Shown: in pieces, positions 44,806 through 55,379 of the stretch
How the letters are laid out: every line of letters starts with the position of its first letter
Position numbering within the stretch: position 1 is the first letter of the stretch
DNA from: Nitrosomonadaceae bacterium
GTDB lineage: Bacteria > Pseudomonadota > Gammaproteobacteria > Burkholderiales > Nitrosomonadaceae
DNA: 64,000 nt
Reading direction: 5' to 3'
Assembly (NCBI GenBank): GCA_014190895.1
Contig: BJGV01000001.1
Span: 113,845-177,844 of the forward strand
Notes under the pieces: model-generated
Database searches by the model: none
What the model was told of the DNA's origin: nothing
The model's input: the letters and a program-made list of their open reading frames with translations, nothing else
Made by a program: the position numbers and the translations under genes

Positions 44806-47004
44806 ATGAAGGTACCGTATAAATACCTCCCAGTACTCTTTCTAGTCCCGCTCTTTGCATGTAGCGGAGACTCTTGGAACAATCCTTATCCGGCTACCGA
44901 TGCGGATAAGAATATTCTCTATGGTGCCTTTGCTGAGCGTCCCAAACATCTTGATCCGGTGCAATCATATAGTTCAAATGAGATTCTATTCACCGCGCAG
45001 ATTTACGAGCCACCATTACAATACCATTATCTGAAACGTCCTTATACATTAGTTCCATTGTCAATTGAAAAAATACCGATAGCGCAATATTTTGATGAAA
45101 ATGGGAAACAGTTATTAGATGGTAATAGCGATCAAAGAGTCGCTTATACAGTTTACGAGATTGTCATTAAACCGAGTATTAATTACCAACCTCATCCTGC
45201 TTTCGCTAAAAATGATCAAGGTAAATTTCTTTATCACAATCTAACGACTAAGGATTTGGTCGGAATTTTTAAGCCCAATGATTTTTCTTATACTGGTACG
45301 CGTGAGTTAACAGCAGAAGATTATGTTTTTCAGATTAAGCGACTAGCTCACCCTACGCTACACTCCCCAATATTTGGCCTGATGTCGGAGTACATTGTTG
45401 GTCTGAAGGAGTATTCAGCTACCCTCAAAAGAGTGGCAACAGAGCAATCTAAAGAGGAGGGTAAGAATACTTATCTCGACTTAAATAATTATCCATTAGA
45501 GGGTGCGCAGGTAGTGAATGCCCATACCTACCGTATCAAAATTAAGGGAAAGTATCCACAATTTATTTATTGGCTAGCAATGCCTTTCTTTGCTCCAGTT
45601 CCATGGGAAGTAGAGCGTTTCTACACTCAACAAGGATTAATAGAAAAGAACATTACTCTTGATTGGTATCCTGTCGGTACTGGAGCCTATATGCTAACTG
45701 AGAATGATCCGAATCGAGCAATGATATTAGAAAAGAATCCTAACTTTCATGGCGAAGCTTATCCGTCAGAAGGCATGCCAAATGATATAGCGGCAGGTCT
45801 ATTAGCAGACGCAGGCAAATCATTGCCTTTCATTGATAAAGCTGTATTCAGTCGTGATAAAGAAAGTATTTCACGCTGGAATAAATTTTTACAAGGTTAC
45901 TACGATGCTTCAGGTATTGGTTCTGATAGTTTTGATCAAGCAGTACAATTGATGGGGCAAGGAGAAGCAACCGTGACCGAGGAAATGAAAGCTCAGGGCA
46001 TCCGTTTGCAAACATCGGTCCCAACCTCCACCTACTACGTAGGTTTTAATATGTTGGACCCCTTGATAGGTGGTTCTTCTGATTCTGCAAGAAAATTACG
46101 ACAGGCTATTTCTATAGCAGTGGATTATGAGGAGTATGTTTCTATATTTTCTAATGGTCGTGGTATTCCGGCACAAGGACCAATTGCACCTGGTATTGCT
46201 GGTTATCGAGATGGTCAGAAGGGGATCAATTCGGTTGTATATGATTGGGAGAATGAGCAACCAAAAAGAAAATCCATAGAAGCCGCTAAAATTCTATTAG
46301 CTGAGGCGGGTTATCCTAATGGAATGGACGCGAAAACTAACGCTCCATTAGTATTGTATTTTGATGTAACCGCTCATGGCGCTGAAGATAAATCTAATTT
46401 AGATTGGATGCGCAAACAATTTCAAAAATTAAATATTCAATTAGTGGTGAGAAGTACAGATTACAATCGTTTTCAAGACAAGATACGTAAGGGTAATGCG
46501 CAAATATTTGAGTGGGGATGGAATGCTGATTATCCTGATCCAGAAAACTTTTTATTCTTGCTGCATGGACCACAAAGAAAAGTCGGGAATGATGGTGAGA
46601 ACGCCGCTAATTATGATAATCCTGAGTATGATAATTTGTTTGAGAAAATGAAAAATATGGAAAATGGCCCAGAGCGACAAGAAGTTATTGATCGCATGAT
46701 CGTTATTTTACGTCAAGATGCGCCATGGTTATGGGGATATCACCCTAAAGATTTTGTTTTGTATCATGCTTGGTATGAGAATATTAAACCCAACAAACTG
46801 GCTCATAACAATATGAAGTATTTTCGCATAGATGCCAATTTAAGGGAAAAGAAGCGGAAGGAATGGAATGAGCCAGTGTTGTGGCCTATTGCATCCGGTC
46901 TAATTGTATTAATAATAAGTTTGATCCCTGTAATGTTTGTTTATCGACGCAGAGAGCGTGGGGTCGGGATTCCAAATTCAAGAGCCCAAGATAGCAATGT
47001 TTAA
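44806..47004 (+). CDS. ABC transporter substrate-binding protein, family 5 (peptide/Opp-Dpp-Yej type), with lipobox and C-terminal TM segment
   Basis: 732 aa. N-terminal LFLVPLFAC lipobox and an SBP_bac_5-like body. The C-terminus WPIASGLIVLIISLIPVMFVY is followed by RRRER. Confidence 0.8.
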   Translation: MKVPYKYLPVLFLVPLFACSGDSWNNPYPATDADKNILYGAFAERPKHLDPVQSYSSNEILFTAQIYEPPLQYHYLKRPYTLVPLSIEKIPIAQYFDENGKQLLDGNSDQRVAYTVYEIVIKPSINYQPHPAFAKNDQGKFLYHNLTTKDLVGIFKPNDFSYTGTRELTAEDYVFQIKRLAHPTLHSPIFGLMSEYIVGLKEYSATLKRVATEQSKEEGKNTYLDLNNYPLEGAQVVNAHTYRIKIKGKYPQFIYWLAMPFFAPVPWEVERFYTQQGLIEKNITLDWYPVGTGAYMLTENDPNRAMILEKNPNFHGEAYPSEGMPNDIAAGLLADAGKSLPFIDKAVFSRDKESISRWNKFLQGYYDASGIGSDSFDQAVQLMGQGEATVTEEMKAQGIRLQTSVPTSTYYVGFNMLDPLIGGSSDSARKLRQAISIAVDYEEYVSIFSNGRGIPAQGPIAPGIAGYRDGQKGINSVVYDWENEQPKRKSIEAAKILLAEAGYPNGMDAKTNAPLVLYFDVTAHGAEDKSNLDWMRKQFQKLNIQLVVRSTDYNRFQDKIRKGNAQIFEWGWNADYPDPENFLFLLHGPQRKVGNDGENAANYDNPEYDNLFEKMKNMENGPERQEVIDRMIVILRQDAPWLWGYHPKDFVLYHAWYENIKPNKLAHNNMKYFRIDANLREKKRKEWNEPVLWPIASGLIVLIISLIPVMFVYRRRERGVGIPNSRAQDSNV

Positions 47005-47974
47005 TTACATTATACGTCGCATATTTTATGCTGTTCCAATTTTGATCGGCGTAAATTTAGTTACTTTTGCACTATTTTTTGTAGTGAATACTCCCGACGA
47101 TATGGCACGCATGCAACTTGGCATCAAGCGTATTACACCAGAAGCAGTTATCAAATGGAAACAAGAGAGGGGCTATGATAAACCATTAATTTTCAATGCT
47201 GAGGCAGAGGGCGTTACAAAATTAACTCGTACTATTTTCTTTGAAAAATCAGTTTCGATGTTCATCTTTGATTTTGGGCGCGCCGATGATGGGCGCGATA
47301 TTGCTCGTGAAATAACGACACGTATGTTGCCGAGTCTTGGTATTGCATTGCCAGTATTTCTATTAGGCCTTCTGTCTTACGTGACATTCGCGCTTTTAAT
47401 GACATTTTTCCGTGCCACTTATATTGATCTATGGGGCGTTGTGCTATGCGTTGCATTAATGTCCATATCTGGACTTTTTTATATTATTGGCGGCCAATTT
47501 CTTATTGGTAAATTGTGGCACATAGTCCCCATTTCTGGTTATGGTAATGGATTAGATGCTACTAAATTTTTAGTGCTGCCAGTTCTTATCGGCGTGATTA
47601 GTGGAGCCGGTAGTAGTATTCGTTGGTATCGAACCATATTTCTAGAAGAGATAAGCAAGGATTATGTTCGTACTGCTCGTGCCAAAGGTTTGTCGGAGAG
47701 AGTGGTATTGTTTAGACATGTGCTAAAGAACGCTATGATTCCAATACTCACTGGTGCAGTGGTTATTGTGCCGTTACTATTTCTAGGTAGTCTTGTGAGT
47801 GAATCATTCTTCGGCATTCCTGGTCTAGGCAGTTATACTATCGATGCCATTAATTCCCAGGATTTTTCTGTTGTGCGTGCCATGGTTTTTTTGGGATCTT
47901 TGTTTTATATCATCGGATTAGTATTAACTGACATTTCTTATACGCTGGTTGACCCAAGAATAAAATTAGAATAA
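46997..47974 (+). CDS. ABC transporter permease (DppB/OppB/YejB-like)
   Basis: MFNYIIRRIFYAVPILIGV is the typical family N-terminus. The EAA-like region DYVRTARAKGLSERVV is present. The ATG at 46997 overlaps the SBP stop by 8 nt. Confidence 0.88.
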   Translation: MFNYIIRRIFYAVPILIGVNLVTFALFFVVNTPDDMARMQLGIKRITPEAVIKWKQERGYDKPLIFNAEAEGVTKLTRTIFFEKSVSMFIFDFGRADDGRDIAREITTRMLPSLGIALPVFLLGLLSYVTFALLMTFFRATYIDLWGVVLCVALMSISGLFYIIGGQFLIGKLWHIVPISGYGNGLDATKFLVLPVLIGVISGAGSSIRWYRTIFLEEISKDYVRTARAKGLSERVVLFRHVLKNAMIPILTGAVVIVPLLFLGSLVSESFFGIPGLGSYTIDAINSQDFSVVRAMVFLGSLFYIIGLVLTDISYTLVDPRIKLE

Positions 47975-47996
47975 TAATTTTTCAGACGAGATAGTC

Positions 47997-49505
47997 ATGC
48001 CTTTCAAGCCCATTGTTCTCTGGACTGATGCCCTCATTTATCTGCTATTGGTGGTAATAGTTTTTTTCGTTTGGTATGTGCGGAGCAACAAACATCTTTT
48101 GGAGCCATGGCGACGGGTAGGTCACAGCACGAGTGGTATGATGGCTTTGACATTATTGGTATTTTTTATAACGATTGGCTTGCTCGATACTGTACATTTT
48201 CGTTCCGCTGTAGAGAGTAATAGAGACACAGAGTCAGGAACAATTTATAGCGCGGAAGTGCTGAGTTTGCTTGATGTTATTGCGACACCTTTGCGTACGC
48301 GATTAGAAAAAACTTACTCAGCACCTTTTGCCACACATCTTTACACCAAGGAAACGATAGAGTTATCTGACGGAAAACAGGTACGAGAATTTCCTCGCTT
48401 GGTATTTGGAGGGGCAAACTTACAGGATCCCAAAACCCAGTTTACTGCAGACTTTGCTTCGCGAGCATTCATCGGTTTAAGTTTTGGAATTTTTATCTGG
48501 TGTATATGCGCTATTCTTCTAATTACTTTATTAGCGTCTATGGGTGGTCATAAATTCTCCGAAACTCTCTCCATTATTTGGCGAAATGAGACAGAATCTC
48601 CATGGAAATATGTGCTTTTAACGCTTGCTTTGATATTCTCATTAGCAGGTACTGCAATAACTTTATCTGCTCATTACCATATACTTGGTACTGACAAGGT
48701 AGGTCAAGATGTATTTTATCAATCATTAAAAAGCATTCGTACGGGATTGGTAATCGGAACACTTACTACCCTCATAATGCTCCCATTTGCGATACTCTTG
48801 GGGATTATGGCAGGATATTTCAAGGGATGGGTAGATGACGTGATTCAGTACACCTATACTACGTTAAGTTCGATCCCTAGCGTACTGTTAATTGCTGCAG
48901 CTGTTTTGATGATGCAAGTGTATACAGAAACTCACCTCGAGTTATTTGACACCATTGCTGCACGCGCTGATTTACGCCTTCTATTCCTCTGTATCATATT
49001 GGGTGTGACTAGTTGGACTGGTCTGTGCCGTCTTCTGCGTGGAGAGACTTTGAAGTTGCGTGAGATGGAGTATATTCAGGCAGCTCATGCATTTGGTGCA
49101 TCTCATTGGCGTATTATTAGCCGCCATATCCTTCCTAATGTAATGCACATTATTTTAATTACCACAGTTATGGATTTCAGCGGATTGGTTCTAGCCGAAG
49201 CCGTTCTATCTTATGTTGGCGTTGGTGTTGATCCTTCTATGATTAGCTTCGGAACAATGATTAATGCTGCACGCTTAGAGATGGCTCGTGAACCAATGGT
49301 ATGGTGGCCACTGCTCTCAGCTTTTAGTTTTATGTTTGCATTAGTACTTAGTGCCAATCTATTTGCCGATTCAGTACAGGATGCGTTTAATCCAAGAATA
49401 AAAACATCATTGATTAGAATCGGAAAATCTCGTCAAGGTAAACAAGGTAATAAATTAGAAAATAAAGTCGTGGTTTCTATAATTAGAGATTCCACTTCGC
49501 CATGA
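47997..49505 (+). CDS. ABC transporter permease (DppC/OppC/YejE-like) with extended N-terminal membrane region
   Basis: The canonical core starts near LGTDKVGQDVF...IRTGLVIG. It is preceded by about 230 aa containing several hydrophobic segments. EYIQAAHAFGAS is present. Confidence 0.85.
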   Translation: MPFKPIVLWTDALIYLLLVVIVFFVWYVRSNKHLLEPWRRVGHSTSGMMALTLLVFFITIGLLDTVHFRSAVESNRDTESGTIYSAEVLSLLDVIATPLRTRLEKTYSAPFATHLYTKETIELSDGKQVREFPRLVFGGANLQDPKTQFTADFASRAFIGLSFGIFIWCICAILLITLLASMGGHKFSETLSIIWRNETESPWKYVLLTLALIFSLAGTAITLSAHYHILGTDKVGQDVFYQSLKSIRTGLVIGTLTTLIMLPFAILLGIMAGYFKGWVDDVIQYTYTTLSSIPSVLLIAAAVLMMQVYTETHLELFDTIAARADLRLLFLCIILGVTSWTGLCRLLRGETLKLREMEYIQAAHAFGASHWRIISRHILPNVMHIILITTVMDFSGLVLAEAVLSYVGVGVDPSMISFGTMINAARLEMAREPMVWWPLLSAFSFMFALVLSANLFADSVQDAFNPRIKTSLIRIGKSRQGKQGNKLENKVVVSIIRDSTSP

Positions 49506-51583
49506 CCCCATTATTAAAGATTAGTAATCTGGAAACTATTGTCCATAAAGGTTTAAAACCTGTACGAGTAGTTAACGGACTGACCTTACAAATTATGAAA
49601 GGGGAAACCTTTGCCCTATTAGGAGAGTCTGGTTGTGGTAAATCTATGACTGCACTTTCTGTCATGCGATTGCTACCGGAAGCAGGAGAAATCATTTCCG
49701 GTTCTGTTAAAATTGGTGGAGAAGACCTACTTCTTTTACCAGAAAGCGCTATGCGCAATATACGCGGTAGGCGTATCAGCATGATTTTCCAAGAACCGAT
49801 GCTAAGTTTAAATCCTGTTCTAACAGTGGCAGATCAGGTTGGAGAGGTATTACAGCAACATTTTAACTTGCAGGGTATAGCGCTTAAAGAGCGCATTTTA
49901 AAAATATTAAATCAGGTTGGTATACCAGATGTACCAAATCGTATGTTTGAATATCCTTTCCAATTCTCTGGTGGAATGAAGCAACGGGTGATGATTGCAA
50001 TGGCGTTAGCTGGGGAGCCCGAGTTACTTATTGCTGATGAGCCTACTACTGCCTTAGATGTTACCATTCAGGCACAAGTATTAGCCCTTATGAGTAGTTT
50101 GCAGCAATATAATGGCATGGCTATTCTTCTAATTACCCATGACCTCGGTGTAGTGGCAGAAATGGCGCATCAGGTAGCGGTAATGTACGCAGGAGAAATT
50201 GTCGAGACTGCGGCACGCGATCAATTTTTCAGAAATCCAGCGCACCCCTATTCTTTAAAACTTTTCGCTGCGTTACCTGGCAAAAAGAAACGAGAGAAAG
50301 GGTTGGCGACAATTAATGGAACCATGCCACTTTTGTCGCGTGAGTTTATTGGTTGCCGTTTCGCAGACCGTTGCGATCATGCCTGGGATTTATGTCATGT
50401 ATCTGTACCAGAATGGAACGAGGTGACTGCTGGTCATCAGGTAAGGTGCCATCTTTTTAGTAAGAACTCGGAATATAGGGTCGAAAGCCCAGTTAAGAAG
50501 GTAGAAATTAGTTCACAGGCAATGTCTGCTTTCCAGGCACCCACTTCAAATCCACAATTATTACGCGTTACTAATCTTAAAGTTCACTTCCCTATACACA
50601 AGGGATTGATGAAGCGTGTGACAGGACACATCAAAGCAGTAGATGGCGTATCACTTACAATTCCACAAGGAAGAACATTAGCGTTAGTTGGGGAATCGGG
50701 TTGCGGCAAGACAACAGTGGGAAAAGCTATTCTGCAATTAATCCCACCTACAGCCGGCAGCGTGCAATATGACGGATTGGAGTTGGTAGGTCTAGAGCGT
50801 AAAAAATTACGGGAGAAAAGAACTGAATTTCAGATTGTATTTCAAGATCCCTACTCGTCTCTGAATCCTAGGATGCGTATAATCGACATCATAAAAGAGG
50901 GTATAAATTCTTCAGACATTAAATTTAATCGTGGAATGAGTGGTGGGAATCCCCGATCTTTAATTTCAGAAGAAGAGAAAGTGGACACGTTGTTGCAGCG
51001 TGTGGGGTTGCCTCCTGATACAGGGTGGCGTTATCCGCATGAGTTCTCTGGTGGTCAGCGACAACGCATTGCTATTGCTCGAGCTCTAGCAGTCAATCCG
51101 AGACTATTAATTTGCGATGAACCCACAAGCGCCCTGGATGTTTCTGTACAAGCGCAGATTTTGAATCTGCTAGAAGAATTACAAAATTCTTTGGGACTCT
51201 CGTACTTATTTATTACTCATAATATTTCTGTAGTGGAGTATCTTGCTGATGAAATTGCAGTGATGTATTTAGGACGAATTGTAGAACAAGGGACTGTGGA
51301 TGAGGTTTTAGGTAATCCAAGACATCCTTATACTCAGGCATTACTTTCGGCGGTGCCTGTAATTGAATTTGAATCAAAGCGTGAGATTATTCGTTTGCAC
51401 GGAGACTCTCCTTCGCCTGTGAATCCACCATCAGGTTGTCATTTTCACCCCCGTTGTCATCACGCTACATCGATATGTCACACAATTTATCCAGAAGAAA
51501 CTGCATTTAGTCCAACGCATATAACACGGTGTTATCTTTACTCAAAGGAGCGGAATTTGCCGCACCCGCAGATGCAAAAATAA
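49502..51583 (+). CDS. fused double ABC ATPase (YejF/DppD-DppF-like)
   Basis: Two Walker A motifs (GESGCGKS twice), two signatures (FSGGMKQR, FSGGQRQR) and two oligopeptide-type C-terminal Cys/His segments. There is a 4-nt overlap with the permease. Confidence 0.92.
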   Translation: MTPLLKISNLETIVHKGLKPVRVVNGLTLQIMKGETFALLGESGCGKSMTALSVMRLLPEAGEIISGSVKIGGEDLLLLPESAMRNIRGRRISMIFQEPMLSLNPVLTVADQVGEVLQQHFNLQGIALKERILKILNQVGIPDVPNRMFEYPFQFSGGMKQRVMIAMALAGEPELLIADEPTTALDVTIQAQVLALMSSLQQYNGMAILLITHDLGVVAEMAHQVAVMYAGEIVETAARDQFFRNPAHPYSLKLFAALPGKKKREKGLATINGTMPLLSREFIGCRFADRCDHAWDLCHVSVPEWNEVTAGHQVRCHLFSKNSEYRVESPVKKVEISSQAMSAFQAPTSNPQLLRVTNLKVHFPIHKGLMKRVTGHIKAVDGVSLTIPQGRTLALVGESGCGKTTVGKAILQLIPPTAGSVQYDGLELVGLERKKLREKRTEFQIVFQDPYSSLNPRMRIIDIIKEGINSSDIKFNRGMSGGNPRSLISEEEKVDTLLQRVGLPPDTGWRYPHEFSGGQRQRIAIARALAVNPRLLICDEPTSALDVSVQAQILNLLEELQNSLGLSYLFITHNISVVEYLADEIAVMYLGRIVEQGTVDEVLGNPRHPYTQALLSAVPVIEFESKREIIRLHGDSPSPVNPPSGCHFHPRCHHATSICHTIYPEETAFSPTHITRCYLYSKERNLPHPQMQK

Positions 51584-51593
51584 GGAGTCATTA

Positions 51594-53204
51594 GTGACAA
51601 TTAGTCAAGAAACCGCACGACGACGTACTTTCGCTATCATCTCTCATCCCGATGCTGGAAAAACAACGCTTACTGAGAAATTACTATTGTTTGCCGGCGC
51701 GATTCAAATTGCCGGCAGCGTTAAGGCACGCAAGGCTAGTCGACATGCTACCTCTGATTGGATGGAGATTGAGAAGCAAAGAGGTATTTCGGTGGCCAGC
51801 TCAGTAATGCAGATAGAGTACCGTGATTGTATTATCAATTTATTAGACACACCTGGCCACCAAGATTTCTCTGAAGATACTTATCGAGTCCTAACTGCGG
51901 TAGATGCCGCATTAATGGTGATAGATGCAGCTAATGGTGTAGAGGCGCAGACATTACGTTTACTGGAAGTATGCCGTGCTCGTAATACACCTATCCTTAC
52001 TTTCGTGAATAAAATGGATCGTGAAGTGCGTCCACCACTCGATCTTCTTGACGAGATTGAACGAGCATTGCGTATGACAACGATACCATTTACTTGGCCA
52101 ATAGGTATGGGACGTAATTTCCATGGTGTATATGACCTCAGATCTGACAGTATGCGGGTCTTCCATCCTGGTGCGGATAGACTAATTAACAATGATGAAA
52201 TTATTAAGGGTTTAGATAATTCAGAAATTTTATTGCGCTTTGGTGACAGTTATGTCTGCGCGCAGCAGGAGATTGAGTTAATACGTGGGGCTTCTTCGGT
52301 ATTTGATCAAACAGATTTTCTCGCTGGTTTACAAACCCCAGTATTTTTTGGTTCTGCAATTAATAATTTCGGTGTACAAGAAATACTTGATGCATTGGTT
52401 GACCTTGCGCCATCTCCTCAATCACGTAGAGCAATCCAACGTGAGGTAAAGTCAGATGAACAGAAATTTTCTGGTGTGGTATTTAAAATTCAAGCAAATA
52501 TGAATCCATCGCATCGGGATCGCATTGCTTTTGTACGTATCTGTTCGGGTAAATTTGAACGCGGTATGACTCTAAGAGTAGTGCGTAGCAATAAAGATAT
52601 TCGCCCTGGTAGTGTAGTCTCCTTTCTATCTCAACGGCGTGAATTACTGGACGTTGCTCATCCAGGTGATATTATTGGAATTCCTAATCACGGGACATTG
52701 CAGCTGGGAGACACCTTGACAGAGGGTGAGAATCTACAATTTACAGGTTTGCCATTTTTTGCCCCAGAAATTTTTCAGACAGTCGAGTTGATGGATCCAA
52801 TGCGCAGTAAACAGCTTAAGTTGGGACTGCTTCAATTAGGTGAGGAGGGAGCAATTCAAGTATTTCGACCTTATACTGGCGGAGCATTGCTATTGGGCGC
52901 TGTAGGGGCTCTTCAATTTGAGGTAGTCGCTCACCGACTTAAATATGAATATGGCGTAGAGTCACGTCTTGTGTCTGCGAAATATCAAATGGCGCGCTGG
53001 ATTACTGCCGATGATCCGGACGAATTGAAACGGTTTCTCGATAAGAACGCTCATCGCGTGGCATACGACGCGGTAGATGCCCCTACTTTTTTAGCTTCAT
53101 TTCCAGCCGAATTGAGTGTTGCTCAGGAGAATTGGGGATCTATTCGTTTCCATAGATTGCGGGAACACGCCGGTTTAGTTTTTCAGACTCATCTTAATGA
53201 GTGA
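51594..53204 (+). CDS. prfC: peptide chain release factor 3
   Basis: GTG start 7 nt after AAGGAG. RTFAIISHPDAGKTTLTEKLL and DTPGHQDF are present. Confidence 0.95.
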   Translation: MTISQETARRRTFAIISHPDAGKTTLTEKLLLFAGAIQIAGSVKARKASRHATSDWMEIEKQRGISVASSVMQIEYRDCIINLLDTPGHQDFSEDTYRVLTAVDAALMVIDAANGVEAQTLRLLEVCRARNTPILTFVNKMDREVRPPLDLLDEIERALRMTTIPFTWPIGMGRNFHGVYDLRSDSMRVFHPGADRLINNDEIIKGLDNSEILLRFGDSYVCAQQEIELIRGASSVFDQTDFLAGLQTPVFFGSAINNFGVQEILDALVDLAPSPQSRRAIQREVKSDEQKFSGVVFKIQANMNPSHRDRIAFVRICSGKFERGMTLRVVRSNKDIRPGSVVSFLSQRRELLDVAHPGDIIGIPNHGTLQLGDTLTEGENLQFTGLPFFAPEIFQTVELMDPMRSKQLKLGLLQLGEEGAIQVFRPYTGGALLLGAVGALQFEVVAHRLKYEYGVESRLVSAKYQMARWITADDPDELKRFLDKNAHRVAYDAVDAPTFLASFPAELSVAQENWGSIRFHRLREHAGLVFQTHLNE

Positions 53205-53278
53205 CGCAACTACCCAGATGATTAACTCTCAATAAACACAGAAAGAGTGATTAGGTTAAGTCATATTTCTTAAATGCA

Positions 53279-53530
53279 CTAATTCACACATTCAAAGCGG
53301 TAATTATCATTTGTTTTTGTATTAGGGCTATCTATCCTTTTTGCCTGACGTTTTGATTTGGCGCATTGAGCATTAGCTAGATTTTTTGCTTCTTTCTCGC
53401 TCCAACTAGAAGAATCAACAATGACTGACCCTGGATTTATATTAGCTGTCTTGCGGTTTTTATGCTCTGCGCACCCTACTAGTAATGTAAGCATCATCAT
53501 GGCAATTAAGTAAAAAACTTTTTTTTTCAT
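53279..53530 (-). CDS. small hypothetical lipoprotein
   Basis: From the internal Met: MKKKVFYLIAMMMLTLLVGC (lipobox), then an 83-aa basic protein with two further Cys. I recognise no family. The upstream extension in the ORF track to 53611 overlaps yicC and is unlikely. Confidence 0.5.
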   Translation of the reverse strand: MKKKVFYLIAMMMLTLLVGCAEHKNRKTANINPGSVIVDSSSWSEKEAKNLANAQCAKSKRQAKRIDSPNTKTNDNYRFECVN

Positions 53531-53573
53531 TTTTTTTATATGAGTTTTTGGGTTGTTAGAATGATCTATAGAT

Positions 53574-54440
53574 CTATTCAATATTCTGAATTTGTTCCCG
53601 CATTTGCTCAATTAAGATTTTTAATTCCATGGAAATTGAGGAAATTTTTACGTCTGCTGACTTTGATCCAAGAGTATTAGCTTCACGATTAAGTTCTTGC
53701 ATCAAAAAATCTAAACGCTTGCCGATTACGCCACCTGCAATTAAAATTCTTCGTACCTCATCTGAATGAGTCTGTAAGCGTGATAATTCTTCATCCACAT
53801 CAATCTTGCTTGCGAATAACACCAACTCTTGACGAATGCGATCATCATCACAATTGATCATAGCATCTCGCAATCGAGCCGCAAGTTTTTCTTGAAATGC
53901 CCTTAAAAGTACAGGGATATGCGGGACTGCTTCAGATATCAATTGATTTATTTTGTCCAAATGCCCAAAGAGTAGAATTTTTATTTTTTGGCCTTCACGG
54001 TTCCGTGATACCATTAATTCATCTGCGGTAATTTGTAACGCTTCCATGCAGACCCCATATAAGTCATCTGTGGGTAAGACGTCATCACTCAATATCCCTG
54101 GCCAACGAAGAATATCTACTACCCTTAGACTCAATGCATCTGGTAGTGAAACCCTCACAGCGCAATCCAGTGCCGTTAATTTTTGCATTAGATCAACATT
54201 GAGTTGTTGAGGATTCTCGGTACCTGATAATTTTGCAAAGCTTAAGTGACATTCAATCCTCCCTCTATTTAATTTAGTAGCTAGGAGCTCTCTCATTACT
54301 GGCTCAAGCAAACGAAACTCATCCGGTAGACGAAATTGAATGTCAAGATAGCGATGATTAAGAGATCTTAGCTCCATGCTTAGCAAGCTATTTATAGTTT
54401 TTTTAGTGGTTACTGCGTAACCAGTCATGCTATGTATCAT
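53574..54440 (-). CDS. yicC: YicC-family protein (stress-induced / endoribonuclease YicC)
   Basis: 288 aa, MTGYA..., with C-terminal EQMREQIQNIE typical of YicC. It is divergent from rph as in E. coli. Confidence 0.88.
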   Translation of the reverse strand: MIHSMTGYAVTTKKTINSLLSMELRSLNHRYLDIQFRLPDEFRLLEPVMRELLATKLNRGRIECHLSFAKLSGTENPQQLNVDLMQKLTALDCAVRVSLPDALSLRVVDILRWPGILSDDVLPTDDLYGVCMEALQITADELMVSRNREGQKIKILLFGHLDKINQLISEAVPHIPVLLRAFQEKLAARLRDAMINCDDDRIRQELVLFASKIDVDEELSRLQTHSDEVRRILIAGGVIGKRLDFLMQELNREANTLGSKSADVKISSISMELKILIEQMREQIQNIE

Positions 54441-54645
54441 GGGTTAACTTACTCACCAATAAATTCTGAATACGGTAAAATAACAAATTGAATATTTATC
54501 TTAACACTATCATTGATCATATGCATGGGACATCCGTATTAGTTTCTAACAACAAATATCAAAGATGGTCATAAATTATTGTTGCTAGATATCACGATAA
54601 GAATCTCTCTGTGGAATGCATTTAATCATAAGGAATTATACAATT

Positions 54646-55365
54646 ATGCGTTCTGAAAATCGTACCTCAGCTCAACTTCGCCCCATTAATATCACTCGCC
54701 ATTACACTAAATATGCAGAAGGCTCGGTGTTAATCGAATTTGGCGGGACTAAAGTATTATGTACCGCTAGTATAGATGAAAAAATACCTTTTTTCCTGAA
54801 AGGCAAAGGGAGGGGCTGGCTTACTGCAGAATATGGCATGTTACCCCGCTCTACTGATGAACGCATGCAACGTGAAGCAACAAAGGGAAAACAATCTGGA
54901 CGTACCATGGAGATCCAGCGCTTAATTGGACGTGCATTGCGATCCATAGTAGATCTTGAAAAACTTGGCGAACGTACTATTCAAATTGATTGCGATGTGA
55001 TCCAGGCAGATGGAGGCACTCGTACTGCTAGTATTACTGGTGCTTTTGTTGCACTACATGATGCGGTGGAAAAACTATTATGTCGGCAACTGATTAAAAT
55101 TTCACCGATACTTGATCACGTTGCCGCAGTCTCTGTTGGTATCTATAAAGGAATGCCAGTGCTTGATCTAGACTATCTAGAAGATTCTTCTTGTGATACC
55201 GATATGAACGTAGTAATGACTGGTAAATTTGGTTTAGTAGAAGTGCAAGGGACTGCTGAAGGTATTTCATTTAGTCGACAAGAATTAGATACCATGTTGG
55301 ACATGGCTCAGCAAGGAATACAGGAGCTTATTATGATTCAGAAGATCGCTTTGGAAATAATTTAA
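54646..55365 (+). CDS. rph: ribonuclease PH
   Basis: [13 protein letters not shown]..., [14 protein letters not shown]. From the Met at 54646 the product is 239 aa, the typical length. Confidence 0.95.
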   Translation: MRSENRTSAQLRPINITRHYTKYAEGSVLIEFGGTKVLCTASIDEKIPFFLKGKGRGWLTAEYGMLPRSTDERMQREATKGKQSGRTMEIQRLIGRALRSIVDLEKLGERTIQIDCDVIQADGGTRTASITGAFVALHDAVEKLLCRQLIKISPILDHVAAVSVGIYKGMPVLDLDYLEDSSCDTDMNVVMTGKFGLVEVQGTAEGISFSRQELDTMLDMAQQGIQELIMIQKIALEII

Positions 55366-55379
55366 TCTAACTAACAAAG

